From: Candidatus Bathyarchaeia archaeon
GTDB taxonomy: Archaea > Thermoproteota > Bathyarchaeia > TCS64
DNA length: 34,626 nt
Direction of reading: 5' to 3'
NCBI GenBank assembly: GCA_050014495.1
Contig: JBEKDF010000033.1
Location: 1 to 34,626 of the forward strand
Shown in pieces: positions 18,834-28,232 of this stretch; the first letter of the stretch is position 1; each line of letters starts with the position of its first letter. The translations under genes were made by a program, and so were the position numbers. Below the pieces are notes generated by a model that was given only the letters and a program-made list of their open reading frames with translations, searched no databases and was not told the DNA's origin.

Positions 18834-19277
18834 TTGAACGAGAACAAACTACTTGCTATGGCACTCATAGTGTCAATGTTCACCACATTAGTTATGGTCT
18901 ATGGGTTGTGGCTGGAGCTTAACAAGAAGCCACTCACATTCATAGGACCAAGAGGACAAGAAGGTCTGAAGGGTGACACTGGTGCAACTGGGGTTGCTGG
19001 TTCTCAGGGTATCCAAGGCATCCAAGGACCAAGGGGGATTCCTGGGGAACAGAGTGTGGCTGGTGTCAACGGTGTAAATGGTACGATGTGGGCGTTGGGA
19101 TCAACGCCACCAACTAACAAGACTAAGGGTGGAATGTATCTTCAGAGCAACGGTGACATCTGGGTGCTAAATGGTACGTGGATTAGGTTCATGAACATCA
19201 TTGGACCTAGAGGTTCAACTGGTAAGACAGGACCACAAGGACCACAGGGGCCAACGGGCGCAGGAGGTTTCAAATGA
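18834..19277 (+). CDS. Membrane-anchored collagen-like protein
   Basis: N-terminal TM and two Gly-X-Y runs separated by a short YLQSNGDIW domain. Confidence 0.85.
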   Translation: MNENKLLAMALIVSMFTTLVMVYGLWLELNKKPLTFIGPRGQEGLKGDTGATGVAGSQGIQGIQGPRGIPGEQSVAGVNGVNGTMWALGSTPPTNKTKGGMYLQSNGDIWVLNGTWIRFMNIIGPRGSTGKTGPQGPQGPTGAGGFK

Positions 19278-19367
19278 TCTCAGAGTGTTGCATCTGTGAT
19301 TCAACTAGCTTGAAGGCACGCGCGCAAGTGGAAAATGCTATATCAATTTTTAACTAAAGTGTGTCTT

Positions 19368-20216
19368 ATGAGTAATGATAAAATAAAGTCTAATGATATT
19401 AGGACAGAAATCCCTAATGGAATTTTAGTTGGCTATGAATCTCTAATCAAGCCGATGCGGGAAACGATAAACTCCGTTAAAGACATTAGAGATGGAACCG
19501 TGTATCTAAATAAAGTATCCTATAATGAGGATAAGTACTTTGAAATTCTAAATGATAGTAATTTAAAACTTTGGGATTATTATAACACGTTAATCAATCA
19601 ATATGATAAAATGGTCCAATTACTTGGATCTAACTCAGAAGAGGAAATTGATAATGTGAAACATTATTCTAAATTAATGGTGGATGCCATGAGGACGCTC
19701 ATTAATAATTATAAAGAAGTGAGGAGTATTAGCCCTCCAACTAGGTATTACCCAACACATCAAATGTTTATGGGGATATTTGAGAAAATATTTTTGGCTT
19801 GGGAATCTTATCTAAGTCAATTTGAGGCCTTGGTTAAAAATCCCCCAAATACTGGTGGGGAAATAACATTTGTCGCGGATTTTAGGTTTATTCCAGCGGA
19901 TCTACAGGAACTTAATAATACAGTTGCAAATATCGGAGCCTCGTCTCAGGCTTCAGTTGATGGAGGTGTCCTCAACAAATGTTTCGTCGTCACAGCTGTG
20001 TATGGATCTCCACTGGCCGATGAAATCAATCCATTTAGACGTTACCGAGATATCATACTAAGTAAGAGTGTCTTAGGCAGATCATTTATTCGGTTTTATT
20101 ATAAAGTTGGCCCATTCTTAGCTGTTCTAATAGAGGACTCCGTTCTTCTTCGGGAAGCTGTGAAAAAGTTAGTAATCGAGCCAATTTTAAAGATATTAGT
20201 GAAAAATGGATTTTAA
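19368..20216 (+). CDS. CFI-box-CTERM domain protein
   Basis: C-terminal CFVVTAVYGSPLADEINPFRRYRDIILSKSVLGRSFIRFYYKVGP. Confidence 0.88.
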   Translation: MSNDKIKSNDIRTEIPNGILVGYESLIKPMRETINSVKDIRDGTVYLNKVSYNEDKYFEILNDSNLKLWDYYNTLINQYDKMVQLLGSNSEEEIDNVKHYSKLMVDAMRTLINNYKEVRSISPPTRYYPTHQMFMGIFEKIFLAWESYLSQFEALVKNPPNTGGEITFVADFRFIPADLQELNNTVANIGASSQASVDGGVLNKCFVVTAVYGSPLADEINPFRRYRDIILSKSVLGRSFIRFYYKVGPFLAVLIEDSVLLREAVKKLVIEPILKILVKNGF

Positions 20217-20549
20217 CTCGCATTCTGCGAGTGTGCATTAAAGAGGTCTTTAATTCCCACCTATTTGGAGGCGATAGATTTTACGACTAAGGAGGATGAG
20301 CTTGTATCTGCTTAGGGCGATGAATTAATCAGCGAAGTGGCGTTTAAGTTAAAAGAAAAATGATTCAGTCAGATCCCCATAAAAAAATGCGCGCGCGGTA
20401 TCGGTGGCGTCCCTCTCTATAACCGCGTTAATATCTCTAATTTTTTGGATGAAGGGTGAATCAATTATTGATTAGTGTTTCGTTTCTAGAACTATAATAC
20501 TTGAACCTCTCCTTAGTCGTGTACTTTATGCGCTCGCTTGCAAACGCAC

Positions 20550-21755
20550 TTATTCTTGGTTAGAAATTATTAATGTCTCGATATCATTCAAATCTGCCCT
20601 GATTGCATCTTCCATGGCTTCGAGTGATATCTTCACTTCATCGATCTTTGTTTTTGCGTTGCTAAGTGAGTTTTTCATGGCTCTGAGGTTTTCTAGTTGG
20701 CTTTTTATGGATGTTATCTTGGGGATTATGTCTTCGGGCTTTGCGCAGATGTCCTTCTGTTGTAGACGCATGATTAACTCGTCTCTGGCTACCTTGTAAG
20801 CTACCTCTAAGGAGATTGTGGCGCCTTCTTCGGGGACTCCACATATTATTTTTCCTCCATCGAATCTTCTGAAGGTCCCTACCGCATCTGGTACAAACTC
20901 ATCTCGTATAGCACCGATAGCATAGAGTGAGGACCTGTTGGTCTTTGCCTCATCGAGTTCCTTTAGGAAGCTATTCTTACCCTTGATTGTGACCGAGGTA
21001 TCCTTGCATTCAACGACTATTGACTGTGGAATTCCCCCGGTGTCCTTTGAGTTGATCTTGATGACTATGTCTCCGACTTTTCCTATAGGCCCGGATACGT
21101 CACCGACTGGCACAACTTCATCCTCCAGGGGTCTGGCCAATAGGTTGAGGGTATCGTATACGTAGTCCTGCCAGTCTCTACCCTTGGCTGTGCCTTTTTC
21201 CCTCTCCTCCTCCGTGGCGTTTTGCTTCGCTTCGGCTACTCTGATGTCGACGGTAAGTTTCTCGAATCTGTCGTCGATGCATTTTTTCATATCGTAGAAT
21301 GCTGAGCCTTCTTGACTTGGGTCGAGTTCCTTGTGGAGCTGCGTCATGAATCTGCCGAGTGGGGCGTTGGAGTCGGTTGGGTTCAGGATCTTGGTAACTA
21401 TTGTGCCGTCCTCACCAAAATGTTGCTCTAGTGATTTCGCGAGTTCTCCTTTGGGTCCGAGGAATTCGCTGAGTTGGCTGGTTAGTACACCGTCTTTGGA
21501 GAATAGTTTCTCCATCTCTGCATCGATATCGGTTTTGATTTTATCAAACTCGCTCTTAACAAAATCTACTCTCGAAGTTGTGTTCTGTGCCTGCAGGACC
21601 TGCAAGCCAATTATGATGGCCCTCTCGATGAGTTTTGGTCTCTCTCCTACTTCGATTAGGTTGAGTAGGTTTACGGTTGTGGAGTCCTTGATTCTAATCT
21701 TGATTACTGCTTCCGCGTCCTCAATCCTGACTTCCTCGACCAGCTGCTCCTCCAA
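20550..21755 (-). CDS. Coiled-coil protein with central PD-(D/E)xK nuclease-like domain (RmuC/DUF2130-like)
   Basis: KG..WQD.V, GDIVI and IVVECKD motifs between long heptad regions. Confidence 0.75.
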   Translation of the reverse strand: MEEQLVEEVRIEDAEAVIKIRIKDSTTVNLLNLIEVGERPKLIERAIIIGLQVLQAQNTTSRVDFVKSEFDKIKTDIDAEMEKLFSKDGVLTSQLSEFLGPKGELAKSLEQHFGEDGTIVTKILNPTDSNAPLGRFMTQLHKELDPSQEGSAFYDMKKCIDDRFEKLTVDIRVAEAKQNATEEEREKGTAKGRDWQDYVYDTLNLLARPLEDEVVPVGDVSGPIGKVGDIVIKINSKDTGGIPQSIVVECKDTSVTIKGKNSFLKELDEAKTNRSSLYAIGAIRDEFVPDAVGTFRRFDGGKIICGVPEEGATISLEVAYKVARDELIMRLQQKDICAKPEDIIPKITSIKSQLENLRAMKNSLSNAKTKIDEVKISLEAMEDAIRADLNDIETLIISNQE

Positions 21756-21913
21756 GTAACTATCCCAGCATTAACCGTTATTTACGTTTCAAGGTTATAA
21801 TGACCCTCGTAGCAGTGAACTATATTGAGGCTCTATCAAATCAGTGTACTTGTAATGGTCTTTCAAACTCATTGTCTTATATTCAGTTAGCAACGTTAAC
21901 AATTTGATGTTAG

Positions 21914-22072
21914 TTGGAGAAAAATGTCCAAATCATACCTCTTGGCTATGAGATCGACTGGGTGGTGAAGCCGTTCGAGGACCCCAACGGGTTCAGAGCC
22001 AATCGAGTGTACCTCCTCTCAACATTTGAGGGTGTGGATGCCAGGCATGTGCGCGTGCACAATATTTCCTAA
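21914..22072 (+). pseudogene. N-terminal fragment of a DUF6293-like archaeal regulator
   Basis: MEKNVQIIPLGYEIDWVVKPFEDPNGFRANRVYLLS; cut at GCATGTGCGCGTGCACA (22045-22061). Confidence 0.7.
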
Positions 22073-22146
22073 TTAGGAGTTTAATATGTATTTCAAATCA
22101 ACAAATTCTATTAAATCATGAGCTATAGCACCCTAATGGACATGGT

Positions 22147-24054
22147 TTGCAAACCCCGCTCCCGGGAAACGGCGCTGGTCACATAAGATTACTCCATATT
22201 GACGACGATGAATACCAGCTAGCAACCGTGAAACTCTTCCTGAGCCAACTGGATAACTCAATATTTATCCAATCTGAGTCCAACCCCACAAAAGCCCTGA
22301 GTGAAATCGAGTCGAAGAACTTCGACTGCGTCGTTACTGATTATGTCATGCCCGAGATGGATGGCTTAGAGCTCGCTAAGAGGATCAGGGAGCGGCACAA
22401 TGTACCTATAATACTCTACACCGGCCAAGGGAGTGAGGAGGTCGCCGAAAGGGCCTTCTCCATCGGCATTAACGATTATATACGTAAGGAGACGGAGCCT
22501 AGCCATTATCAGCTCCTCGCGAAGAGGATCCGGGACGTTGTCGAGAAGAGGCGGATCGAGAATCTTCAACTGAGTATAATCGAAGGTACACGCGATGCGC
22601 TGAACATAAGCATAGGGACATCGATTGTTTTTGCGAACAGGGCACTTGCTGATCTGCTTGGGATCGAGGATCCTCAACGCCTCATAGGGAGCATAAGCCT
22701 GGAGTGGGTTGTTCCTGAGATGAGGACTAGGGTCGAGAGCATGATTCGCCATATGTCTGCGGATGATGCTGTTCCAGGGCTCCTCGAATACGATGTCAGA
22801 CGTGTGGATGGTTCAAGAGTATCCGTTGAGACCTCCTTCAGTATTATTCAATACAATGGAACGAAGGCAATACTCAGCTTCACTAGGGATATAACAGAGA
22901 GAAAGAAGATTGAAGAGGCCCGGAGAAATTCTGAGGAGAAGTTCAGTTCCCTTGTGAACCTCGCCCCCGACGGGATACTTACGATAGATCTAAAAGGCAG
23001 AATCACATTCGTGAACCCCGCTTTACTTAAACTAACGAACCATATGGAGGAAGAGATGGTTGGAAAGTGGTTCCCGAAGGTCGGAACCGCGCGTGTCAGC
23101 GATATCCCGATGTTCCTAAAAACATTCGCGAGTATCCTCAGGGGGAAGGTTCCTCCACCCACCGAGTTTGTTTACGTTAAGAAAGATGGGTCTCATGGCT
23201 GGGGTGAGGCACATGTGAGCCTGATCAGTGTGGATGGGAAGAAGAGGGAGCTTCTGGCAATCCTAAGTGACATCACTGAGCGTAAGAGGCTCCAGCAGGA
23301 GCTAGAGAACAAGTCGAAGCATCTAGAGATCGAAGTGAAGGAGAAGACTAGGGAACTCCTCGACTCCGAGCGGATGATCACGGCTGGAAGGGTGGCCGCA
23401 CAGGTTGGACATGATCTAAGGGGGCCACTTAGCACGATCAGGAACGCGGTCTACCTGGGGGAGCGTTACCCCGAGAAGGCTGGCGACATGTTCAAGATCA
23501 TTGATAAGGCCGTGGACATGTCAACGCAGCTACTCGACGAGATGAGGACAAGAACCCAAGATGCTGCGCTTAATCTAGCTGAGGTAGACCTGAACAGTTT
23601 TATCGATAATGTGATCAATGAAGTCGTCCTGCCTGTAAACTATAAAATAGACAGCAAGTTGATGGCTGAGGCACGAGTATCGATCGATGTCGTTAAGATG
23701 AAACGCGTGTTGGATAACTTATTCAGGAATGCAATCGACGCGATGCCGAAGAGTGGGACTATTTTTGTTTCAACCGACTCAGATGACGAGTCTGTTACAG
23801 TAAACGTTAAGGATACTGGATGCGGGATACCCGACCACGTTATGAAGAACCTTTTCAAACCCTTCGTAACATCGAAGACGAATGGTACGGGTCTCGGACT
23901 TAATTTCTGTAAAAGGGTTATCGAGGCACATGGTGGCGATATTCGAATAAAGTCAATAGTTGGCGTGGGGACGATTTGTTCGATCAGATTGCCGCGTGTA
24001 AGTCCCGTCGAAACGATCCATGTCTTAACTTTCCCAAGAACGAAGGTTCAGTAA
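22147..24054 (+). CDS. Hybrid sensor kinase (REC-PAS-PAS-HisKA-HATPase)
   Basis: LHIDDD, TDYVMPEMDG, two PAS units ending RDITERK and SDITERK, H-box GHDLRGPL, NAIDA, DTGCGI, GTGLGL. Confidence 0.96.
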   Translation: MQTPLPGNGAGHIRLLHIDDDEYQLATVKLFLSQLDNSIFIQSESNPTKALSEIESKNFDCVVTDYVMPEMDGLELAKRIRERHNVPIILYTGQGSEEVAERAFSIGINDYIRKETEPSHYQLLAKRIRDVVEKRRIENLQLSIIEGTRDALNISIGTSIVFANRALADLLGIEDPQRLIGSISLEWVVPEMRTRVESMIRHMSADDAVPGLLEYDVRRVDGSRVSVETSFSIIQYNGTKAILSFTRDITERKKIEEARRNSEEKFSSLVNLAPDGILTIDLKGRITFVNPALLKLTNHMEEEMVGKWFPKVGTARVSDIPMFLKTFASILRGKVPPPTEFVYVKKDGSHGWGEAHVSLISVDGKKRELLAILSDITERKRLQQELENKSKHLEIEVKEKTRELLDSERMITAGRVAAQVGHDLRGPLSTIRNAVYLGERYPEKAGDMFKIIDKAVDMSTQLLDEMRTRTQDAALNLAEVDLNSFIDNVINEVVLPVNYKIDSKLMAEARVSIDVVKMKRVLDNLFRNAIDAMPKSGTIFVSTDSDDESVTVNVKDTGCGIPDHVMKNLFKPFVTSKTNGTGLGLNFCKRVIEAHGGDIRIKSIVGVGTICSIRLPRVSPVETIHVLTFPRTKVQ

Positions 24055-24152
24055 CCAAATAATCAACTCTTTAGAAAGTTAATCGAAAGCATAAAATACA
24101 TTATTTTAAATGGATAAATATATAGGTAAAAATATCATATTCATTACAATGC

Positions 24153-25073
24153 GTGGCAAGTGTGAGCAAAGATAAGGATTATGGAGGAAGCTTAATCCGG
24201 ATTCTTGGCGCCTTCCTACTGCTACTTTGGTCCAGACGCGATGTCCTCTTCATGTTGTCCTGGTGCACAACAATAGCGGTCATGGTGGCTGGACGAGGTT
24301 TCCCGTCCTTCACGCCTGCTCTTATTGCTGTCATTTCGACATTCCTTGTTGGTGCCTCAGTCTATGTGTATAACGACATGGTTGACGCTGAGATGGATAG
24401 TGTGAGCCCTAATCACAGTACAAGACTGATGGCGTCGGGTCGTATTCCTAAATCGTATGCTTGGCCTACGATAATCTCCTCCGGCTTAGCGGGTCTATTA
24501 CTCGCATACATGATTAACTTACAGACCTTCCTCGCCAGCTTCGCATGGTTCTTTCTTTTCACAATCTATAGTTACCCGAAGATAAGGCTGAAGAATATGT
24601 TCGTCGTCAAGGAACTAGTCGTCGCTTCAGCATGGCCCCTTTGCAGCCTTATAGGAAGTCTCGCCGTGACCGGTGGAGTCTCTGTACAAGCTATATTCGC
24701 TGGTCTACTCTTTGGGACTTTCACTTTCTTCGTCCAACCCGCACTAGTCGACAGCTTAGACGCCTATCAGGATGGGCTCTATGGGGTGAAGAGCCTCGGG
24801 AGGGCCTTAAGTTGGAGGCGGAAGGTCCAGATGCTCGGAGTTGGGGTGCTGGTGATGATGACTGTAACACCTCTGACTTATGTGAGAATGGGGTTCAGTG
24901 TTTTTCTTCCATTATCCGTCATTGTCTTTAGTCTCATTCTTCTCCGATGGGGCATCTATCCTCTCACGAGAGGTTTCGAGCTTCAGTCTGTTCTGAGATC
25001 TAGAAAGATGATGTACGTCTATTTTCTGGGTCTACAGGTTATCCTTATCATGAGTTCAATGATCATACTTTAG
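24153..25073 (+). CDS. UbiA-family prenyltransferase
   Basis: YVYNDMVDAEMD, YSYPKIRLK, DSLDAYQD; multiple TM segments. Confidence 0.9.
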   Translation: MASVSKDKDYGGSLIRILGAFLLLLWSRRDVLFMLSWCTTIAVMVAGRGFPSFTPALIAVISTFLVGASVYVYNDMVDAEMDSVSPNHSTRLMASGRIPKSYAWPTIISSGLAGLLLAYMINLQTFLASFAWFFLFTIYSYPKIRLKNMFVVKELVVASAWPLCSLIGSLAVTGGVSVQAIFAGLLFGTFTFFVQPALVDSLDAYQDGLYGVKSLGRALSWRRKVQMLGVGVLVMMTVTPLTYVRMGFSVFLPLSVIVFSLILLRWGIYPLTRGFELQSVLRSRKMMYVYFLGLQVILIMSSMIIL

Positions 25074-25186
25074 AGTCAAATTTAGGCTGCTTTTTTGCAT
25101 TTGCTTTCTTCACAGGTATTTCGAGTGTGTGCGTGCGCATTCAATTACGGGTAGAATAACCTTTTAGGTGGATACCACCGGTTCCG

Positions 25187-26197
25187 CTAATTGTTATCAT
25201 ACGCTTTTGTATTTTTTAGAAGATTCCTTGATATTTTTAGGTGTTTTATGAACCAGTCGTAGTCTCCATTGGGGAATATTACTTCGAGTTCGTCTGGTCC
25301 TCTTCGTCCCTGGTATTCACCGAGGATGATGACTTTCCCCACCTTCAGGAAGCCCATCACGTTGGCTAGTGTCTGGATTAGGCGCATGAAGCACCTGTGG
25401 GTGACTAGGCCTGACTCGATGGTTTTTGGGAGTTGGAAGAGGAAGTAGTCGAGGTTCTCAATCTTGCAGTAGTCGACCATCGCCGCGTCGCAGGTGAGGA
25501 CGACGGGGTAGACGCCGTGGATGCGTTTGTAGAAGCTGATGGTCCTCGTGAAGACGTCGTCGTTCCTCTCCTTGTCGGATGTGGTCTGGGCTGCGGCCTC
25601 GACCAGGAGGGCGTGGCTGCTCAGGGCCTCGTACTCCCTCAGGGCGAGGGCCGCGGCCTTCCTGGACTGCTTCATCCGCTGGTTGAGGAGCATGTCCCAG
25701 AGCTGGTGGTTGTAGGGTGTGCTGTGCTTCAGCTCCTCTATTTGGTGTGGGCCGTGTTTGTAGTTGAGGTGGGCCCTGATCTCCTCCTTGACGGTGTCTG
25801 AGAGTATGACCTTGTTGGGGTCGATGAGCTGGGTGGTTGTGAGGAATCCGTCGTAGAGGATGTTTGTGTCCGGGGCGTAGTATACTCGGCCCGTCCTGGA
25901 GTAGCCGTTGAGAGCCCCCTTAAAGTCGGGTAGGTTCGTGTAGGTGGTGGCCCCTGAGGCGAGGCTGCACTCGATGAGATCGTTCCAGGTGGGCCTCTCT
26001 CTGCGCCAGAGGTCTGAGTCGGTCTTGTCATCGAAGCTGGTTGGAGATGCAAGGACATGTAGCTGTACGCCTTCTCGTACCTGCGTTGCCCTAAATAGTT
26101 GTATACCTGTCATCGGATAAGTGACCTCTAGCTCGGGGTATGGTAGGTTGAGGAGCAGCTGGAGCTCGTCCCCGCTTATAGTTGCCTCGTGAGTCAC
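25187..26197 (-). CDS. PIN-domain ribonuclease (long archaeal type)
   Basis: YAPDTNILY, VKEEI, RNDDVF and VLTCD acidic motifs; GTG start overlaps the upstream stop (GTGA). Confidence 0.85.
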   Translation of the reverse strand: MTHEATISGDELQLLLNLPYPELEVTYPMTGIQLFRATQVREGVQLHVLASPTSFDDKTDSDLWRRERPTWNDLIECSLASGATTYTNLPDFKGALNGYSRTGRVYYAPDTNILYDGFLTTTQLIDPNKVILSDTVKEEIRAHLNYKHGPHQIEELKHSTPYNHQLWDMLLNQRMKQSRKAAALALREYEALSSHALLVEAAAQTTSDKERNDDVFTRTISFYKRIHGVYPVVLTCDAAMVDYCKIENLDYFLFQLPKTIESGLVTHRCFMRLIQTLANVMGFLKVGKVIILGEYQGRRGPDELEVIFPNGDYDWFIKHLKISRNLLKNTKAYDNN

Positions 26198-26595
26198 TGC
26201 GGGTGCCTCCTGGCCTCCTCGGCGAAGTCGATCATCAGGTAGTAGATGTGGTCGATGTGCTGCTTGGAGGCCGACAGTATCGCTCCGGCGACGAGAGCCT
26301 TTCTGCCCGGTGTGATGTCGAGGGCCGTCTCGTAGCCCTCATCCTTAAGCCTCTTCAGGTCGGTGCCGATCATGTTGCCCGACGCTATGAAGTCGCCCTC
26401 GTGGACCACCTTTACCTCCACTGTTGGTTGAAAGCCATACTCACTGGAGATGCTGCTTATGTCCTCAGGAATGTTTTGTGTTTCACTGTTTCCCTCCGCG
26501 TAGATCGTTACCTTGTCGGGGTGGTAGCCCTTCTCCTCGAGGACGGCGTAGTAGGAGTTGATAAGGGCCCAGGTGGAGCGGCCGAGACAGAGCAT
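26194..26595 (-). CDS. Stand-alone CARF-domain protein; native 5' end lost at ~26586
   Basis: LGRSTWAL (strand 1/loop) and ALDITPGRK CARF signature. The first three codons (MLC) come from the antisense strand of the AOR fragment. Confidence 0.75.
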   Translation of the reverse strand: MLCLGRSTWALINSYYAVLEEKGYHPDKVTIYAEGNSETQNIPEDISSISSEYGFQPTVEVKVVHEGDFIASGNMIGTDLKRLKDEGYETALDITPGRKALVAGAILSASKQHIDHIYYLMIDFAEEARRHPQ

Positions 26596-28038
26596 CTAAT
26601 CAGAAAAGAGACGGGCTTCAGCGACACCGCCATAGTAGCCGAGGGACCAGCATCGGAGAACCTAGTAAAATACTCTGCCGTGACTCATACCGCTCACCGC
26701 GCCGCTGGAAGAACCGGCTTGGGAGCCGTCATGGGCTCCAAGAAGCTGAAGGCGATCGCGGCAAGAGGCACCAATAAGGTCGAGGTCGCCTCCCCCGAGA
26801 AGGTGAGAGAGCTCCAGAAGAAGATCACTAAGGAGACATTCGAGAGCAAATTCACCTCCACCCTCCGAGAGCACGGCCAGATCGGATTCCTCCTAGACCT
26901 AAACAACGACGGGATTCTCCCCACCAAAAACTTCCAAAGCGGCGTCTTCCAAGGAGCCAACAAGATCACGGGGCAAACACTGACGAAACAATTGCTGAAG
27001 ACGAGAGAATCATGCCCCAGATGCCCAGTAGCATGCAAACGAGTCGTGGAAGTCAAAGAAGGGCCCTACGCCCCCGTCTCACCCGAGTACGGGGGACCAG
27101 AGTATGAAAGCACCGCCGCCCTCGGCTCGTTACTATGCATAGACGATTTAGAAGCCATATGCCGAATGAACATGCTATGCAACGCATACAGCCTTGACAC
27201 GATCTCAACCGGAGTCTGCATCGCGTTCGCGATGGAGTGCTACGAGAACGGACTCCTATCCAAGGAAGACACCGGGGGACTGGAGCTAAACTTCGGAAAC
27301 GCCGACGCCGCCATCAAGCTACTCGAGATGATCTCATCAAGGGAGGGCCTAGGCAACCTATTAGCTGAGGGAGTGAAAAAAGCAGCGGAGAAAATCGGGC
27401 GAGGATCAGAGAAATACGCAGTAGAAATAAAGGGCCTGGAGATCCCCATGCATGAGCCCAGAGGAAAAAAGGGCCTCGCCGTAATGTATGCGACCTCCAA
27501 CAGAGGCGGATGCCACATGCAGAGCATGCACGACACAGACATCGAAGCCCCCAACATGGCCCCCGAAATAGGCATGACCAAGGCACTAAACCGATTAGAC
27601 ACCTCCAGAGAGAAGGTCCTATACCTGAAGAAGACAGGCGACTGGACCGCCATGATCAACTCAATGGGGCTCTGCTCGAACATCTACTGGTTCGGAGCCG
27701 TCTACTACAGACCAAGCCAACTAGTCGAGATACTGAACGCAGTGACGGGCTGGGACTACACAGTGGAGGACTTCATGACGACGGGCGAAAGGATCAACAC
27801 CTACTGCCGAATGTTCAACATCAGAGAAGGCATAACAAAAAGGGATGACAGCCTACCACCACGCTTCATGGAACCCCTCATAGGGGGACCCACCAACGGA
27901 CAGTTCATCTCAACCAGGGAAATCGAATCCATGCTCGGTGACTACTACGAGATATGTGGCTGGGATAGAGAAACTGGAATCCCTAAGAAGGAGAGGCTAG
28001 CAGAACTAGGCTTAGTGAACACTGAAATTGGTTCATAA
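26581..28038 (+). pseudogene. aor: Tungsten aldehyde:ferredoxin oxidoreductase (AOR family), 5'-truncated
   Basis: GPASENLV, AAGRTGLGAVMGSKKLKAI, CPRCPVAC, GPEYES, LDTIS, GCH. The N-terminal part is absent; track-ORF residues before 26581 are antisense CARF sequence. Confidence 0.88.
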
Positions 28039-28232
28039 CTTCTAATTCACTCAGCGCGCGCATCGATCTAAAAAAATAATTAATTATCTAGAACGTATAG
28101 GTGCTATGCATGCGCGCATAATAATATCCTATTTCATTACAATATTTGCCTCAAGTAATGTTTTTCTGTGACAAATCCCATAAACAATTCACGTATATGA
28201 CGCGATAATGCGATTTCGTAAGAGGTGATGCG

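Noticed and set aside
26182..26580. N-terminal 133 codons of the 618-aa track ORF
   Set aside because: Antisense read-through of the CARF gene; AOR similarity starts at about 26581.
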